Shown piece by piece: positions 1 through 17,351 of a stretch of 64,000 bases of DNA; position 1 is the first letter of the stretch; each line of letters starts with the position of its first letter. Source of the DNA: Kudoa neothunni (taxonomy: Eukaryota > Animalia > Cnidaria); assembly GCA_964304625.1 (NCBI GenBank), contig OZ199840.1, forward strand, positions 3,795,631 through 3,859,630, written 5' to 3'. Under the pieces are notes generated by a model. It saw only the letters and a program-made list of their open reading frames with translations, made no database searches and was not told the DNA's origin. Made by a program: the position numbers and the translations under genes.

Positions 1-3658
<3,658 letters not shown>

Positions 3659-3809
3659 TGTTTATTTCGGGCTAACAAACAGAAGAAAGGACGAAATACG
3701 CTAGTGCTGTGGATTGCGCGAGCGCTTAGTAGGTAAACTAAATTTAATCCTACTCACACTATTCCAAGATTTGCGTGCGTAATATCGTTTTGATCCCATT
3801 TTTGACGAT
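3659..3809. promoter_or_regulatory. Putative bidirectional promoter between MCM2 and POLE4-like
   Basis: 151 bp between divergent ATGs (3658 minus, 3810 plus); CpG-rich motifs TTGCGCGAGCGC (~3714-3725) and TTGCGTGCGT (3771-3780) in an AT-rich background. Confidence 0.7.
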
Positions 3810-4228
3810 ATGGAACAGCCCACCACATCATTCAAACCTAATCTACCATTATCCAAAGTTATCAAAATAATGAAACTCTATCCGGATGTGAAGATTGTGT
3901 CCAAAGATGCAGCTAAATGCGCTCAGTTTACCACTGTATATCTTTTGTTCGTGCAGCTGTCTCTTAGCAGCAATAGAACGAATATTTGTATCGTTAGTTA
4001 TTATATACATTTTAACAGGAATTGTTCCTAAAAAATATTATATCAAAATCGTATGAGATTGCTTGTGATAATAAAAGAAAAACCATTCAACCTAATGATC
4101 TATGTATGACACGGTTTAATTCCATTATTGGATAACTATTAGATGTTTAAGTTTGCGTTTGTATTGACGATTATTTAGATGAAGTAATAAAAAGTGATGA
4201 AATTTACAGCTTTCTAGAAGATAAATAA
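3810..4228 (+). CDS. POLE4: H2A-type histone-fold protein, best match DNA polymerase epsilon subunit 4 (POLE4/Dpb3; CHRAC1 family alternative)
   Basis: Exons 3810-3935, 4019-4103, 4179-4228 give LPLSKVIKIMKLYPDV...ELFLKNIISKSY...KRKTIQPNDLYEVIKSDEIYSFLEDK*, matching the POLE4 pattern LPLARVK..DPDV..ELF..KRKTLQ..DL..FAFLE. Confidence 0.8.
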
Positions 4229-4559
4229 TATTGGTTCTATGAGTTTTCAATGATTTATCGTTTTTATTTTTGCTTTTTGTTATTTTTTTGCGTTTAAAAA
4301 GCTCAAAATTTTAAATCAGCTTTAATTTATATTTTTAAGTGTATATTAAACAATTATTGTGATTTAATTTGCATCCGCCGCAATCCTTAAGGAGATTTTC
4401 CACTGGCTTTAATCCTCAACGATCATAAAACGTGACCTCTCAATCTTCATAAGTCTGGATTTGTCTCGAGGGGTTCAAAAAGAGATTTAATTCTCATTAC
4501 TCCTATGAGAAAATAAATAAAAAATTGTAATTGATGTATATTAACGAAATTGTCTGGGA

Positions 4560-5883
4560 GAAATCTAGACAACTTTGTTGGTTAGCTAAAATAATCGACT
4601 TATAATCTTGTTAATGAATATATCAAATTTTATGGTCCTAAAATGGAGATAAGCTTGAGAAATTTTCTTAGTGACGATAACGGTTATTACGGCTCCACTT
4701 AATCTCATTTGTTATAGCTCTAAATTATAATTTTTAATGACTCAGTAAATACAGTGTTACTTTAAATTTTTAACAATCAAATTTTCCACATATCGATATC
4801 ATCATTGGAAGAATCCGAAACATACGTTGTCTCACGTCGTATTTAGGGTTCTTTTAGTCATAATTACTTTCAATAAACTTACTACAATTACATGATGATA
4901 TATGAGGTAATCTTTTTTGAGATATTGAAAAAGATTGAATACATGAAGCTAGACATCTCCAAAATTTTTACTACGAGAACCAGATTTATGGATGACAGTT
5001 ATTAATCCGCAGGTGATATAAAAACTGACTTTAATTTCTGTCCCGTTTTCTTGTCCAATTTTGTGAAAATTAATGACGCAGACAACATGCTTTTTTTTAA
5101 ATTTTGTATATTTCCTCGAAAAAAATATTCCTAGGTATTTTGAAAAATCAAATTAATGTTTTGCCGCACAATTTTTACGACTATTTAATTCAGTGAGCAT
5201 TGAGATGTTAGGCAACATATAACGTATTGCCTTTTTTCTATTTTTTTGTAACAAAATAATCTTAGCTCCGCTTTCCATTAAAGTTTTGCATTCAGTGGTG
5301 ACTATTTTTTGTCGTTTGATACTTCTTCACTGATGTCTCATAATGTGGTATGTGCGCGAATCAATACAGCTGCTTGAGCGCAAATGACAACGAGCTTTAT
5401 TACCGAACTTGACACCCATATAGCGATGTAATGATTGACTTAATGAGACTAATAATTTTCAATAAAAAATTTGATTAAAAAGTGAATCTTTAAAAATTAT
5501 AATATATATATATATATAGCATAAATAGAATATTATTATCTTACAAATTACGAGGATGCAAAAAGTAGGCAGTTTATGAATAATTATAAACTTTGTTTTT
5601 TATTACTAGAAATGAATATAATAGTTATTCTAACAATAAGGCGCTTTGGGCAAAATTTGAAACTTGAAATATTAAAACTACACTGGAACGATAAATTGAA
5701 ATTATCTTCATTTAATTCATGCAGCCAGTTCTATGTTACACTTGAGATAAATTAACTTCAAAATTTTGAGTGAACTACGTCTTATCGTGTATATAAGGTA
5801 TATAGAAACTACATATAGAAGGGCACGGACTTGGTTTTCTTATCAAAAGGAGTTGCGAGTCCGATTTGAGTTGGGAAGCGCTG
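4560..5883 (-). mobile_element. Decayed hAT (SPIN/GTF2IRD2-like) element, one TIR visible
   Basis: TIR-like CAGCGCTTCCCAACT on minus at ~5869-5883; broken minus-strand frames near 5200-5320 resemble the hAT N-terminus (TECK.FNGK..DYFV). Left boundary uncertain. Confidence 0.45.
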
Positions 5884-5903
5884 GACTGACTGACTGTCTA
5901 TAT

Positions 5904-6456
5904 CAGGGGTCGGCAACCTACGGCCCTCAATTATTTCTATCCGGCCCGACATGCATTCACCGGCATAAAATTTTTCCTTACTATCTAAAATACCTAAATA
6001 CTTTTTATTTTGTTATCTATATCGTTTTTCTAAATGTATATGTGTTGTCGATGTAAACAATTTAGCCGACTAAAATTAATTTCCATTAAATCAGACGACC
6101 GGAATAAATATGACTGTTGAAATAACTTTAAAAATTATTTAAATCAATGTATAAAATATTTTTAAAAAAGGCATACAGGTACATCTCATGTTATTTGACC
6201 TATTCCAATAAATCGTTTTTTCACGAGTTTAACACGGGTTGATTACACTGCAGGTAAGAATTATTTGAATATAATATTTTTGATACGACGTAATTTTATA
6301 ATTTAAGTGACTATCTTAAATTCTGATTTATATATTTGAGTTCAAAATTTGAATTAAGTATAATTTAACATTTTAGTAGATTGATTTTAATATAACCCGC
6401 ATTAGAGTTAGGTTATTTCTGTTCGGCCCCTCGCTCGAAAAGGTTCCCGACCCTAG
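5904..6456. mobile_element. Non-autonomous hAT (Buster/Charlie-type) MITE
   Basis: TIRs CAGGGGTCGGCAACCT (5904) and AGGTTCCCGACCCTAG (ends 6456); 8-bp TSD GTCTATAT/GACTATAT (1 mismatch, central TA). Confidence 0.85.
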
Positions 6457-6721
6457 GACTATATTATATGGTAAGTTACAAAATTATCTGAAATTATTCA
6501 GCGAATCTTAGGAATAAATTACTACCGAATATTTTAGAATCCATTGAATTGCAAAAAATAACGACTGTATGATAAAAAAATGCAAAATGGTGCCATTTGT
6601 CGTTTAAAGGTTAGAATCCCTGGAACACTTGAAACTTATTTGGCTGATGAATTTTAACCCTCCAAGGTCAAGCTTGCTCTAAGCACTCCAACGAGTAATC
6701 TGCAACATCCATCCCTATTCA

Positions 6722-6776
6722 TTTGAGGTAGTTTAACCCATTGAACATCCTCATCTCGAGGGACCACTACCTCAAA
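6722..6776. ncRNA. Candidate miRNA-like hairpin carrying the let-7 seed
   Basis: Perfect 11-bp inverted repeat TTTGAGGTAGT (6722-6732) / ACTACCTCAAA (6766-6776) with further GU/WC pairing inside; the 5' arm starts UGAGGUAGU on either strand. Basal flanks pair poorly. Confidence 0.3.
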
Positions 6777-7331
6777 ACCTACTTACTTCAACTTCCATAA
6801 CGTTGATTACGTGGACTTCTAAAATAAATTTTTATTATCTTATTCGCCCTCAATGATTTCGACGTATTCAAAAGTACAATTAGACACTAACCACTAAAAA
6901 AAGTCTATAACTACAATTGTATCACGCTAATAATGAGCCTAAACTCTAACCATAGTCTTCATTATATAATAAAAACATATGTACAATAATCTGTGCCTCG
7001 TCAGAATTTGAGTGTATGCGGTACGGCCGACTTAACTAATTTTTACATCTATACAAGACTGAGCAAAGAAAAAAAAATTGACAGCAAAAAACAATACAAA
7101 CAAAAAAAACGCCGTAAATCCAATTGAATAAACAAAATAATGGTAAATTTTACATAAAACAAATAAGTTTAACGAGAAGCAAACAAATTTTGATCCATAA
7201 AAACACTGATATTGTTGGGTTTAAATAAATCAGAAATAATGACAACATTTCAATGTTCTTACGCTGAGACGGATGTGAAGTTGAGGATAAGGAGTTTTGA
7301 ACAATGTGGGAGTTTACGAATCCGACTCCAA

Positions 7332-10300
7332 TTAACGTGTAACACTACCACCATTGGTTTTTTTATTTTGCACGAGTGACAATGCGAATTTGTAGCCTTT
7401 GGTGAACACGTCGCATAGTTTTAAAGGATTGTTACGGCAGAAATTGTACACGCAATGGTTATCGACTTCGGAGTCGATTCCTAACGGTTGTAACATTTTT
7501 CTTGATAGGACTTGAAATGTGCGATTAGTATCAAAAAACACAACAATGTAGAGTCTTTTGGCAGGTTGGACGTTCTTAGTATTGTTCACATCTTCACCAA
7601 AGCTGTTCAGAATAAAATTTTGTATTCGTTCAAGGTTATGGATGGTGATTCGGTATTTTGAAAGTTGGTTTACAGTGCTATCAGCTTCAATAATAATTCC
7701 GGGATAGGCAGAATAGCCGACCATTTTCGCCCACACAATTGTCAGTGGTTCTATGACTGGAGGCACGATTTTAGGATCTGATTTAATTTTATAAGGCGGT
7801 TTGGATGAATAATACACACCACATTTATTAACCAAATTAAAAAACTTCAACACATTGAAGGATTTGAATTTGTCTAGTGTTTTATAAGGAATTCTGAAAG
7901 ATTTGCATTTGAACAGATCCACATCCACATCATCATCCACATCATCGTCATTATCGTTGCTTGATAATTTAACTGATTTTGATGGTGGAGAAGAAAGTCC
8001 TATGGCTCTTCTCGATCTTTTAGATGGCGCTGAATTATCTGAAATGTTTGCAGTTGCCTTGGGTTTAATAGCAGATGGAGTTTTTAAGGATTTGGTCAGA
8101 GATTTTGACGAATAATTACTAACAGTACTTCGACAAGAGTCACCCTTTGATATTATTTTCGATAATTCTAACTTTTCAACAGATTTTCGCGTCCGTGTAG
8201 ATCGGGAACTAGTAAATTTAACCGCGCTGTCTAATGACACCTCATCACTAATATCAGCGTTATTTTCGTCAAAATTATTTAACAAGCTTTTGGTTTCATT
8301 GGGAGATGTAGATTTGTGTGAGCGACCCCGAGTGGTGACAGAAACCTCTGAAGTTTTGTTCTGGGGTGATTTTTTTCGAGTTAAACGATTTGAACTGGGT
8401 AGATTTGTCTCAGTCGGCTCATCTGCAATAGAAGATGATGGTCGATAACCTGAGGAAGAAGGATTTGTCAATTTGGACGTTGAAGAACGGGTGGAACGAT
8501 AGGTAACGGTGGCGTTTTGACCGGTGGAATCTGATTTTTCCACCTTTTTAATACTTTCATTATCAGCTGAATTCTTTCTATCGAGAATGGCAACGGCGGG
8601 CGATTGAGTACGCTGAACACTCGAGGAAGATGGATTCTTCAATTTTGACGACGAAGAACGAGTGTTGCGAGAAGAAATGGTAGTGGTTGGGATGGCTGAG
8701 TTCGATTTTCTCGCTTCATTATTATCACCACTAACACCAACTACATTGGTTCCAATAGTAGCAGGATCGTTTTTTATTTGGGAGCGAATATTTGATATTG
8801 GAAGTTGCTCGGAAGAAGTAACAATATTTGGTTGAGATCGAGTGATCGATTCTTCAATAGTAGAATCAAAAACTTTAGGTTCTACCACCAAACGTCTTCG
8901 AATTTGGTCATAACTTGTTGGAGATTTTCCTGGAATACCTTTCCTTGGTTTTCTTATTGGCTTAACAGTGTCTGAAGGTTGAGTAGGCGCTTGTACAGAA
9001 TTCAAAGCATTATTTTGATTATTATCCATAGTAGCAGAACGTTCCGCAACAATTTCATTTCCTTTAATTGAGTTATTATCCACGTCTGTCAGAATAGCTT
9101 GTGGGCTTGCTTCTACAGAGATAACTGTTATATAAGATGTGGAAAAATACAAAATACTTGGGTTTGGTTGGTTGTTATCCACAACACTATTATACAAAAC
9201 CGATTTATCTAAATGGGAGTTGAATGTGGTGTTAATGCTCAAAAATTGAATACCACAAGCGTCATGTGACATAGTATAGTTCTTATTTCGAAGTTGCTCT
9301 TTGAAGGTGTTGATAAAGTGAAATTTGAACTTCCCGACAGGGAAACGACGCCTTACGATATTTCGTATCGTCTAAAATCAACAACTCACCGCTGTCCACA
9401 AACACACATCAAATAAGGTTGAAAATAAACATATATAAACTAATACATTCTACACATTATATTTGCGAAAATTGATAATTAGATGATATAAACGTGAGCT
9501 AACACTAATGGAGAAGCTATAGTTAAAGTTAATTCTAATTAAAGCTACAGGTAAAGTTATAATTAATTAAAGTTATAGTTTAAGTTATAAATAAAGTTGT
9601 AGTTAAGGTTATAGTAAAATTACCATTAAAGTTAAAATCAAAACAATAGTTACTTAAAGCTATAGTAAAACTATAATTAAAGCTATAATTATTTAATGCG
9701 ATGGGAACTGAACAATTTTTAAAAACAATGGTGGTAATTCACCGTCTTTGTTAGCTCGCAGAATGAATAACAAACAACCTATTTTTCAAATCTAATTGTA
9801 CACCAACTGGTCTCAAGTAGAATCATTAACATTAATCCAGTTATTGTTTGTTGCATGAACCGACAACAATACATTAAACAAGCTGATTAATCTTGATAAA
9901 TTATGCCAATTAAATTCGAATTATTGTAATAAATGAACAGATTAAAACTTAGGAATTATGCAATACAATTAAAAAACAATATAATATGACATACCATAAA
10001 CAAATCATGATAATTGCTTTTGGTGGCAGCATGTTGGGAGGATTGTTGTGGTGACAACTGGTATAGTTTGTCGAGGTAGTTGAGTGAAAAATTATGGAGT
10101 TGGTCATATAGATCAAGAGGGTATACGATGTTCTTCAGATAAGAAGGACTCTTAGGATCAAGCGTGGCCAAATTACGAATCATGAATGCACGTACATTGT
10201 GCACTCGTAAAGCTATTTCTTGTTCGTCGTCGCAGCCAACCACCAACTCGATGAACATTTTTACGATAGCCAAAATGATTGTTTCAAAATATGTCAAAAA

Positions 10301-13109
10301 TTGTACCACGTTGAGCTTATTCAGCTGATTTTTTGTGGTTTTGAAATCGGCAGAATTTTGCTCATATCTGCTCAATTGTGTTTCATGCTTGCTAGTTTCG
10401 ATATCATTAACATTAGCAACAGCAGAAGTGCAAGCAGCTGTTTTGGTGGTATCCAAATTGGGTGCACAAGTGGAAGTGTTGTTGGATGAGGCAATCACAG
10501 CAGTGAGACCACGAACCAGTGGAGAACCATTTCTCACGAAACGCTTAATTAGCCAATATTGATAGACAGCATGGACCAATTGTTCACTTTTGTAAAGAGG
10601 TAACTGAAGGGATAAATCATTTAATTGGTCTTTTCCAACGCACGAGATTTGAACAATCGGAGTTCGATTGCTTTTGTTTTTAAAGCCAGTAGAACTACAA
10701 TTATCGGAATTACTTCCCAAATCGCTGGAACAATTATCATCATTATTCAATATATTTGTTTTCTTTGAAATAATATATCTTGTTTCGGTGTTTTTCTTCT
10801 CATCACTAACAGTATACGACTCGGAATGACCATTCATAGCCTTGGAAATATGGAAGAGACAATAGCATTTAAATTTGGGGTGTATTTCGATGACATTTCC
10901 GTTGTGATCGAGTCGTTTGGTGATCTGAAACACGAGCAATCCAGAGGCTTGTGCACAAGAAACATGCATAGCTACGTAACAACTAGCATGCATGCATTGT
11001 ATACATGCTCCGTCTTTGGTGCTGCATAAGGTGCAAGTGAGTTTAAAACGATCACTAGTTATGGCACTGGTATCAATCGGCTCAAGAAACACCGTGTTCG
11101 CAAAAGTCACATCACCAATCCACAAAGCGCACACCATATGACACCATTGTTGACTATCTGTCTGTTTCATAACACCAAAGTCGTTTGGACACAAACAACA
11201 ACTAATAGTGTTTGAAGGTGATGCGTTACATCGTTGACAAATCCATGCATCGTCTGGAATATAAGGAATACCATAGCACTCTTGATGTACACCAACGTTG
11301 CACACATCACAATAAACAATCACATTGCCAATAGCACACTCCTCATCGTTACATATCTCACAATAGGACTCTTGTTGGTGGATTTTGGGACTGACTGGCT
11401 CACCAAACAAATTCCGACTCTCATATTTGGCCATACGCTCCAATTTGTCTATTATCCCTTCGAATGTTATTCCATTGACCAACAATGTCACAACATTGGG
11501 ATTGCAATTTTGCGGCAAACGCTCAGACATTATTCCAGGAAATAAAAAATATTCGACGAAAAAATTCCATGATGATGGGTCCAATCCTTGTATCACTTCT
11601 TGAAATTTTCGTTCAGTTGTCTCGTCGGAAAAAACCGGTTGTCCTTCTCTGCTCCATTCGACCACTCGCCTGGTGTTCAGACACACGAGAAATGCCAAAT
11701 CTTGCTCATCCATGTCGTAATGAAGATTGTCATAGTAGCGTTGTTGTTCATTGTTGTTGTATTGGTACAGAACGGGAGAGTCTATAATTCTGGACTTCTC
11801 AGCATAATACACCGGCTTTCCATACTCATTGAACCACTCGTCGGCGTCGGCGTCATTGTCTTCGTCTTCGCTATTAGCGGGACCTGTAGTTGGTCCACCA
11901 GACAAAGCTTTCAAACAACGTTCCAATTTGGTATCAATTCTGAAAGATGGTTGAGGTAAGTGGCTTCCATTGGAGCCAATTGCAGTAGGAGATATTTTTT
12001 GATTATTAGAACGTTTACTATTTGGTTTTTTAGCATTGCGCTCAAAATTTTTCGTGGGTGGTTGTGCGGTGGATGATCTTTTGCGTGGATTATCATCAAA
12101 ATTAAAAACATTGGAAGATCTCACATTAAAACGCTTAGTTATATCGATTTTCTCTGTTGGTTTATCACAAACGCCATTAGTACAACTAACAACGGCATTG
12201 TTGCTGTTGATGGCTGAAGTTGGGGTGTTTACTGTTCCAGGGGAATTAGATGCTTTAGTTGAATTGTTGTTCGAATTTTTTGGGTTGGTAGAATTGTTGC
12301 CACCGAGTTTAGCATTAGACAGTGGATTAGTTGAACAGTTGGCATCGTTGCATTTAGATGGATGATTGGAGTTAGTTGATGCTGGGGTGGTGGTAGGAGT
12401 TCTTTTTCGAGGGAACTTTCTATGACGTAAGCCCAACAATGTGTTGTTAGCATTATTCACATCTTGCAATCCACCACCCAACACCCTAGGACCCACCTTG
12501 TGGATTGTTATGGGTGCGATGGATTCGGCGCTACTATCCACTCGAAAAACACCGCTAATAGCATTGACGTAATCGTCGCATTGTAAATCGTCATCCATAT
12601 TCATCAAATAAAGTAGATTTTCGGTGACAATTTTTAAAAATATCCTTGTTCCGGATATATTGCTATTATTTTGTGTGAATTCCAGCTGCACCATACGCTG
12701 AGATTCATCATAGGTCATAGGAGTTAATTTGTTACTCTTGTTTGGTCCATTAGCATAGTAGAGACGTTTGTTTCCGCCAACCATCAACCCACTAAACTCG
12801 GAAGGAGCTATTTGATAGATCTGAGCTCTTCTGTTTGGTTTGTTCGCTAAATTTAAAATTAATTGATTGGTATAAAACCATGTGAGAAATGCGCCTGGAT
12901 GGAGAATATTAATTGGTATTTCATGGGTTGGTACCACTATCACTGGTTGCACCATACACGATCCATCAGATATCAAAAATTTTAGTTGAATAACTTTTAA
13001 AATTACGCTTATTTCGATGTGGATCAGCTTCCGGTGATGATTGTTCACCCATTGCAGAGACGCTCATGATGCGTGGTTTATTCATAGTTATACTTTTGGA
13101 ATTAGTCAT
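7332..13109 (-). CDS. BRPF1: BRPF1/peregrin-family MYST HAT scaffold (EPC-I, PZP, degenerate bromodomain, PWWP)
   Basis: TYDESQRMV (cf. TYAQAQRMV), YDMDEQDL EPC-I, PHD-Zn knuckle-PHD (CEIC...VHQECYGIPYIP..WICQRC...CLCPN...HMVCALWI), YWLIKR..NGSPLVRGL, C-terminal PWWP IVWAKMVGYSAYPG...FFDTNRTFQVL. Phase-0 intron 9372-9994 joins the two long ORFs. First exon (ATG 13109) is tentative. Confidence 0.92.
9512..9690. repeat. Degenerate ~12-bp minisatellite (AAAGYTATAGTT) inside the BRPF intron
   Basis: About a dozen imperfect tandem copies of aaagttatagtt/aaagctataatt. Confidence 0.75.
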
Positions 13110-13886
13110 TCGACTATCTACTGCACTTCTAGATTTAAAATTGCTGGTAGATTAGGGTTGGAATAAACACAAATAGGTCGAGTACCAATGCGAATGTGTT
13201 AAATTGTAGGATCAGCGAATATGCCAACCGACGCTTATTCCTAGCTTCCGTATGGTAGCGCATTCAACGGTTACTATTGAAACGATTTAAATAGCCTACA
13301 AAGAGTCTAGTTGAGCTTTTAAAATTATTATCAGGTTAAAAACATATCGATTGTTTAGTATTGAGTAGCTGACCCTATACAATAATTTCCATACACGGAC
13401 ACGTTTAATCCTAGTAATCCGCTGTCATTTAAAATTGAATTAAAAACCTGCCGTAAATAGCATAACTATACTCACACAACCCATCGGTGTGTGTAATGAG
13501 GTTAGGTGATGTAAACACCTTACAGCTTACTGTGAATTACCTAGTAACAATACCACCGATGTCACTCGCTCGATGTCGATAAGATTTATGGGTGATCCTA
13601 AAAACAATTACTGTATTGTTGTTATCGTAGAGTGTAATTTCAGTTTTTTATATTCTCAATTTTAACTAAGCATTTTATATGTGTCTTGAATTAATCTTAA
13701 AATAATTAAAAATGTGGGGTATTTGTGTTAGTTTAAAAAGTTGATAGATATCGCTTACAGGCTCATTTATTATCTTAAAATTAGATTACAAATTAGTTAA
13801 TTTTATAAAACTTGGAGTGATAGAAAAATTTGATTATTTTTGTTTTTTGCTTCATTTAGAATGGAGCGGTGTAATAATAAGAAATA

Positions 13887-15833
13887 CAGTCGAGATTGTT
13901 TATTGCGTGACCGGATATTGCATAATTCCAAAATTTCGACGTTATTCTTTTTAGAGAGAAACCTAGTTTTTTGGTATAGTTATTATTTTGTCATTTCGCA
14001 AACATTGTTAACATTGCCAAATGAAAAATTTGTTTATTTATATGAAGTCTCGTTACTGCGTGGAAACATTTTATTGTGTGGTTGTTAGACACGCCAAGAT
14101 TCGTTATTGCGTGGTTTAGTGACCTATCTATTTAAAAATAAGAGTGTTTTTTCATTATGTCCTGTTGAAAACGTAATAATTAAGATAAAAGAGAAATCAT
14201 TGATTATTATAATTCGATGAAAATGTTGAAAATTGTCGAAAGAATGACTATTTCTATGTTTAAATTGAATGATATGATTATTTATGTTGAATATTAATAT
14301 ATTTTCGCGTTTAAGGTCATTTAAAAATTGATAGAATTCATTCACACGTACAAAAATTCAACAATTCGGATATTGAAACTAAAAGGAGGGCACATAATTC
14401 GGGAAAACTAAAAATATAGATGTGAGCTGTATGATTGGATGGTTAAACAATGATCAAATGATAATGTTCTGCTGAGATGTGTTTTTATCGAAGTTGCTTT
14501 ATATATCGCAAATAAACAAGAAATTTCCAATTTAAAGTCTAGTTAAGGGTGTTTTTTAGATTCCACGTCAAAATATGGGATAGCTTTCAAAATGTTTCAT
14601 GATGAGGCTGCGATTACAGATATGTCATCTCTTGACTCATGGACTGTTGAAAACATTAATTTGTCGAGGCGTATAGTCCTAAAGACGTCATAAACATTGA
14701 TGAAACTGTCCTTCTTTATGAGCGGTTACAAAACATTAGTTATGTTTTAAAGGATGAAGTCGGAATATAAGGGACAAAATATCAAAAAGAGAATGAATGT
14801 TTTACTGTCACTTTTATTAAATAGGGCTAAATTCCCATCAGTTTTAATTGGTAAACTTCACAATCCCGGGTATTTTAACTGATTTAATCATCTTCCGCGT
14901 GAATATTATTCAAGAAAAACACATAGATGATGTGTAGTATAGTTATGAAGATTACGAGACAGTTGAGCAAAAGAATGATAGATGAGAGCAGAAAGGTTTT
15001 AATTTTGTTGGATCAATGTTTTGTTCATCCCAAAAATACAAATAAAATTTTCCAATCTATTAATTTATGCATCATTAAATGCATTAAATAGGTACAGGAA
15101 TACAATGACCAAGCACACAGTTTTGTGTGAAGATTCTATTATCGAGAAATATACATTACTAAATGCAATCTTGTCATTAACTAAATTCTGAGGAGAATTA
15201 CGCTAGAAATTATTACCAATTGTTTGGATAATTAAAAATATTTGATGGTAGTAAATAAAACTGCAATAATAAAGTTACGAGCAGTTTATAGAACAAGAAG
15301 ATTTAAGAAAAATATCCCAAATCAGAAACAGTTCTTAAAATAAAATTTTATATATATCAAATTAATTTAATTTAAATTAAGTCGAAGATTGCGAATATAT
15401 TTTTGACGATGATAATGCGGCAACATATGAGGATTAAAACCATGTGGACTTATTGTTAATCAAATGTTATAGAATCAATTATTAAAGAAGTCAAAATTTT
15501 AATCAAACATATACAAAATATAATTAACATTTTAAAGAAAGTTTTATTTCAAGAAGATCTATTTGGATAATTTGATTCATATCCCATAAAGGATAGAATT
15601 TAAAAAATATCAATGGAAAGGTTTCGGCAAAATTTAAAAATCTTTCCTTCATTGAACTCAATTTTATTTGTGTTCTAACAAAGTTTGTTTGTAGGAATAA
15701 TCATCGAACGTATGCACACGCAAATCATATTTTACAGTTGGTCGCGAGCGCATAAAACTGGATATGGCGTAAAAACTTTTATTGCGTGGTTTTTTACGGG
15801 TCTCCAAAACCCACGCATTATCCAATTCGACTG
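13887..15833 (+). mobile_element. Tigger/pogo-family DNA transposon with pseudogenised transposase
   Basis: TA-CAGTCGA...TCGACTG-TA ends; broken frames retain NIDETVLLY, KKRMNVLL, IGKLHNPGYF and RKVLILLDQCFVH (DDE_1 motifs). Confidence 0.85.
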
Positions 15834-16296
15834 TATGTCTACATAAAATTTTAAATATGATAGTCACATGTTACTGTTTGAAATGAATGAACTACATTTT
15901 ATAAAATAGCAAAATAAACTATTTAAAACAAGTATAAGATGCTTAAGTGACACCCACACCTTTAAGTCACTAGTTAATGTCTATGCGCGTGTCATTAGCC
16001 ATGTTTTTGCGATCAGTGCCATCGAGATTGATTAACTTAAATTTCTTAAAATTATTGGTATATTTAATTTGCGTGGTGCAGTTATGAAGGGAATATGTGA
16101 TTCAGTTCTTCAAAGGGACATTGGCTATCAACACAAACATTTTAAATCCTAATTGGCATCTACGCTTACGCAGCGTTCATTTTTAATTACAGCTACTTCT
16201 ATTTATAGTTGATACATAGTTTATTTTTTAGAATCTTTAGTATTTAATTATTAACTATACCCTATTGATATTATGATCTGTTTTAATCCTCTAAGG

Positions 16297-16958
16297 CAGT
16301 ATTTCCCAACGTGGGACGTGGAAAAATTTTAGTGGAGCATGGAAATCTTTGAGCGTTTAATGAACGACTATTGTAGGGCGTAGAAAATCCTGGCCATTGA
16401 TGCGACATGGATAATGATGAAATAGTTGGGCAGTGTGGCGCACATGGAATTCAATACCTCGATTTTTGATCTTGTTTACTTGTAAGCGAATATGAATATT
16501 ATAAAAAATACTAAAAGCACTTACTAATTTATATACGAACAAATAAAAACATTTAACGTGATTTTTACCCAATAGAATCGGAATGGTTATAATTCCAATG
16601 TTGTCGCATTTATAATCGTGTGTCCCCAGTTTTTAAAAACCTAATATAATATTGATTAATTTTGTATTTATATTATTTATTTTCCGTTCATTCGCCCCCA
16701 TTCAAAAAAGTCTTTCCTTATGAAGGTTGGATTACCACAAGTTTCACTTGACGCTGTTTTGGACGGAGTGACGAACTAAAGATGTTAATTTTTAAGGCCC
16801 ATCGATAAATTAAATTAGATCTGATCGAACATATTTTAATTTTAATGAGGAAAGAAATATATATTAACTTCATTTTAATGTGATAAGGAGGGTTTTTCAA
16901 TATTATAAGCAGTTTAAATTAAAAAATCAATGCATCTGAAAAAGGTTGGGAAACACGG
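16297..16958. mobile_element. Non-autonomous hAT MITE
   Basis: TIRs CAGTATTTCCCAAC / GTTGGGAAACACGG; exact 8-bp TSD CTCTAAGG at 16289-16296 and 16959-16966. Confidence 0.9.
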
Positions 16959-17351
16959 CTCTAAGGATTTTGGCGCGAAATTCACCCCAGCATAATTTTA
17001 GCATAATTATTCATCTGAAAAATGTGTTTATAGTTCAAAATGAATTCTATCATAGCTCAGTATATTAAAAAAAATAAATTAAGTTAGGAATTAAAATAAA
17101 ATATATCGTAGTTACGTTTTTTACTCTTGTACGTTACCTAATAATTGGTGACTTACGACTTATGCCATATAAGGTTTTATGAGCATTAGTAATGTGAGTA
17201 ATGACACTTTTTCTCTAAATGTAATGTGTAAAACCATAAATGTTTTATGAATAAATATATTACAATTTTTTGTTTAAATTTACTTAAAAAACTCTGGGAT
17301 GAATTTCACCTCAGAATCTTGGGAGATAATTTGTTTTTTGACACCTTAGAG

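Noticed and set aside
9512-9690. Repeat array considered as CRISPR-like or telomeric
   Set aside because: Tandem degenerate 12-mers without unique spacers, in a eukaryotic intron; not a TTAGGG-type repeat.
7903-12453. Many short ORFs antisense to or overlapping BRPF1
   Set aside because: Shadows of a long, GC-richer coding strand; no motifs of their own.
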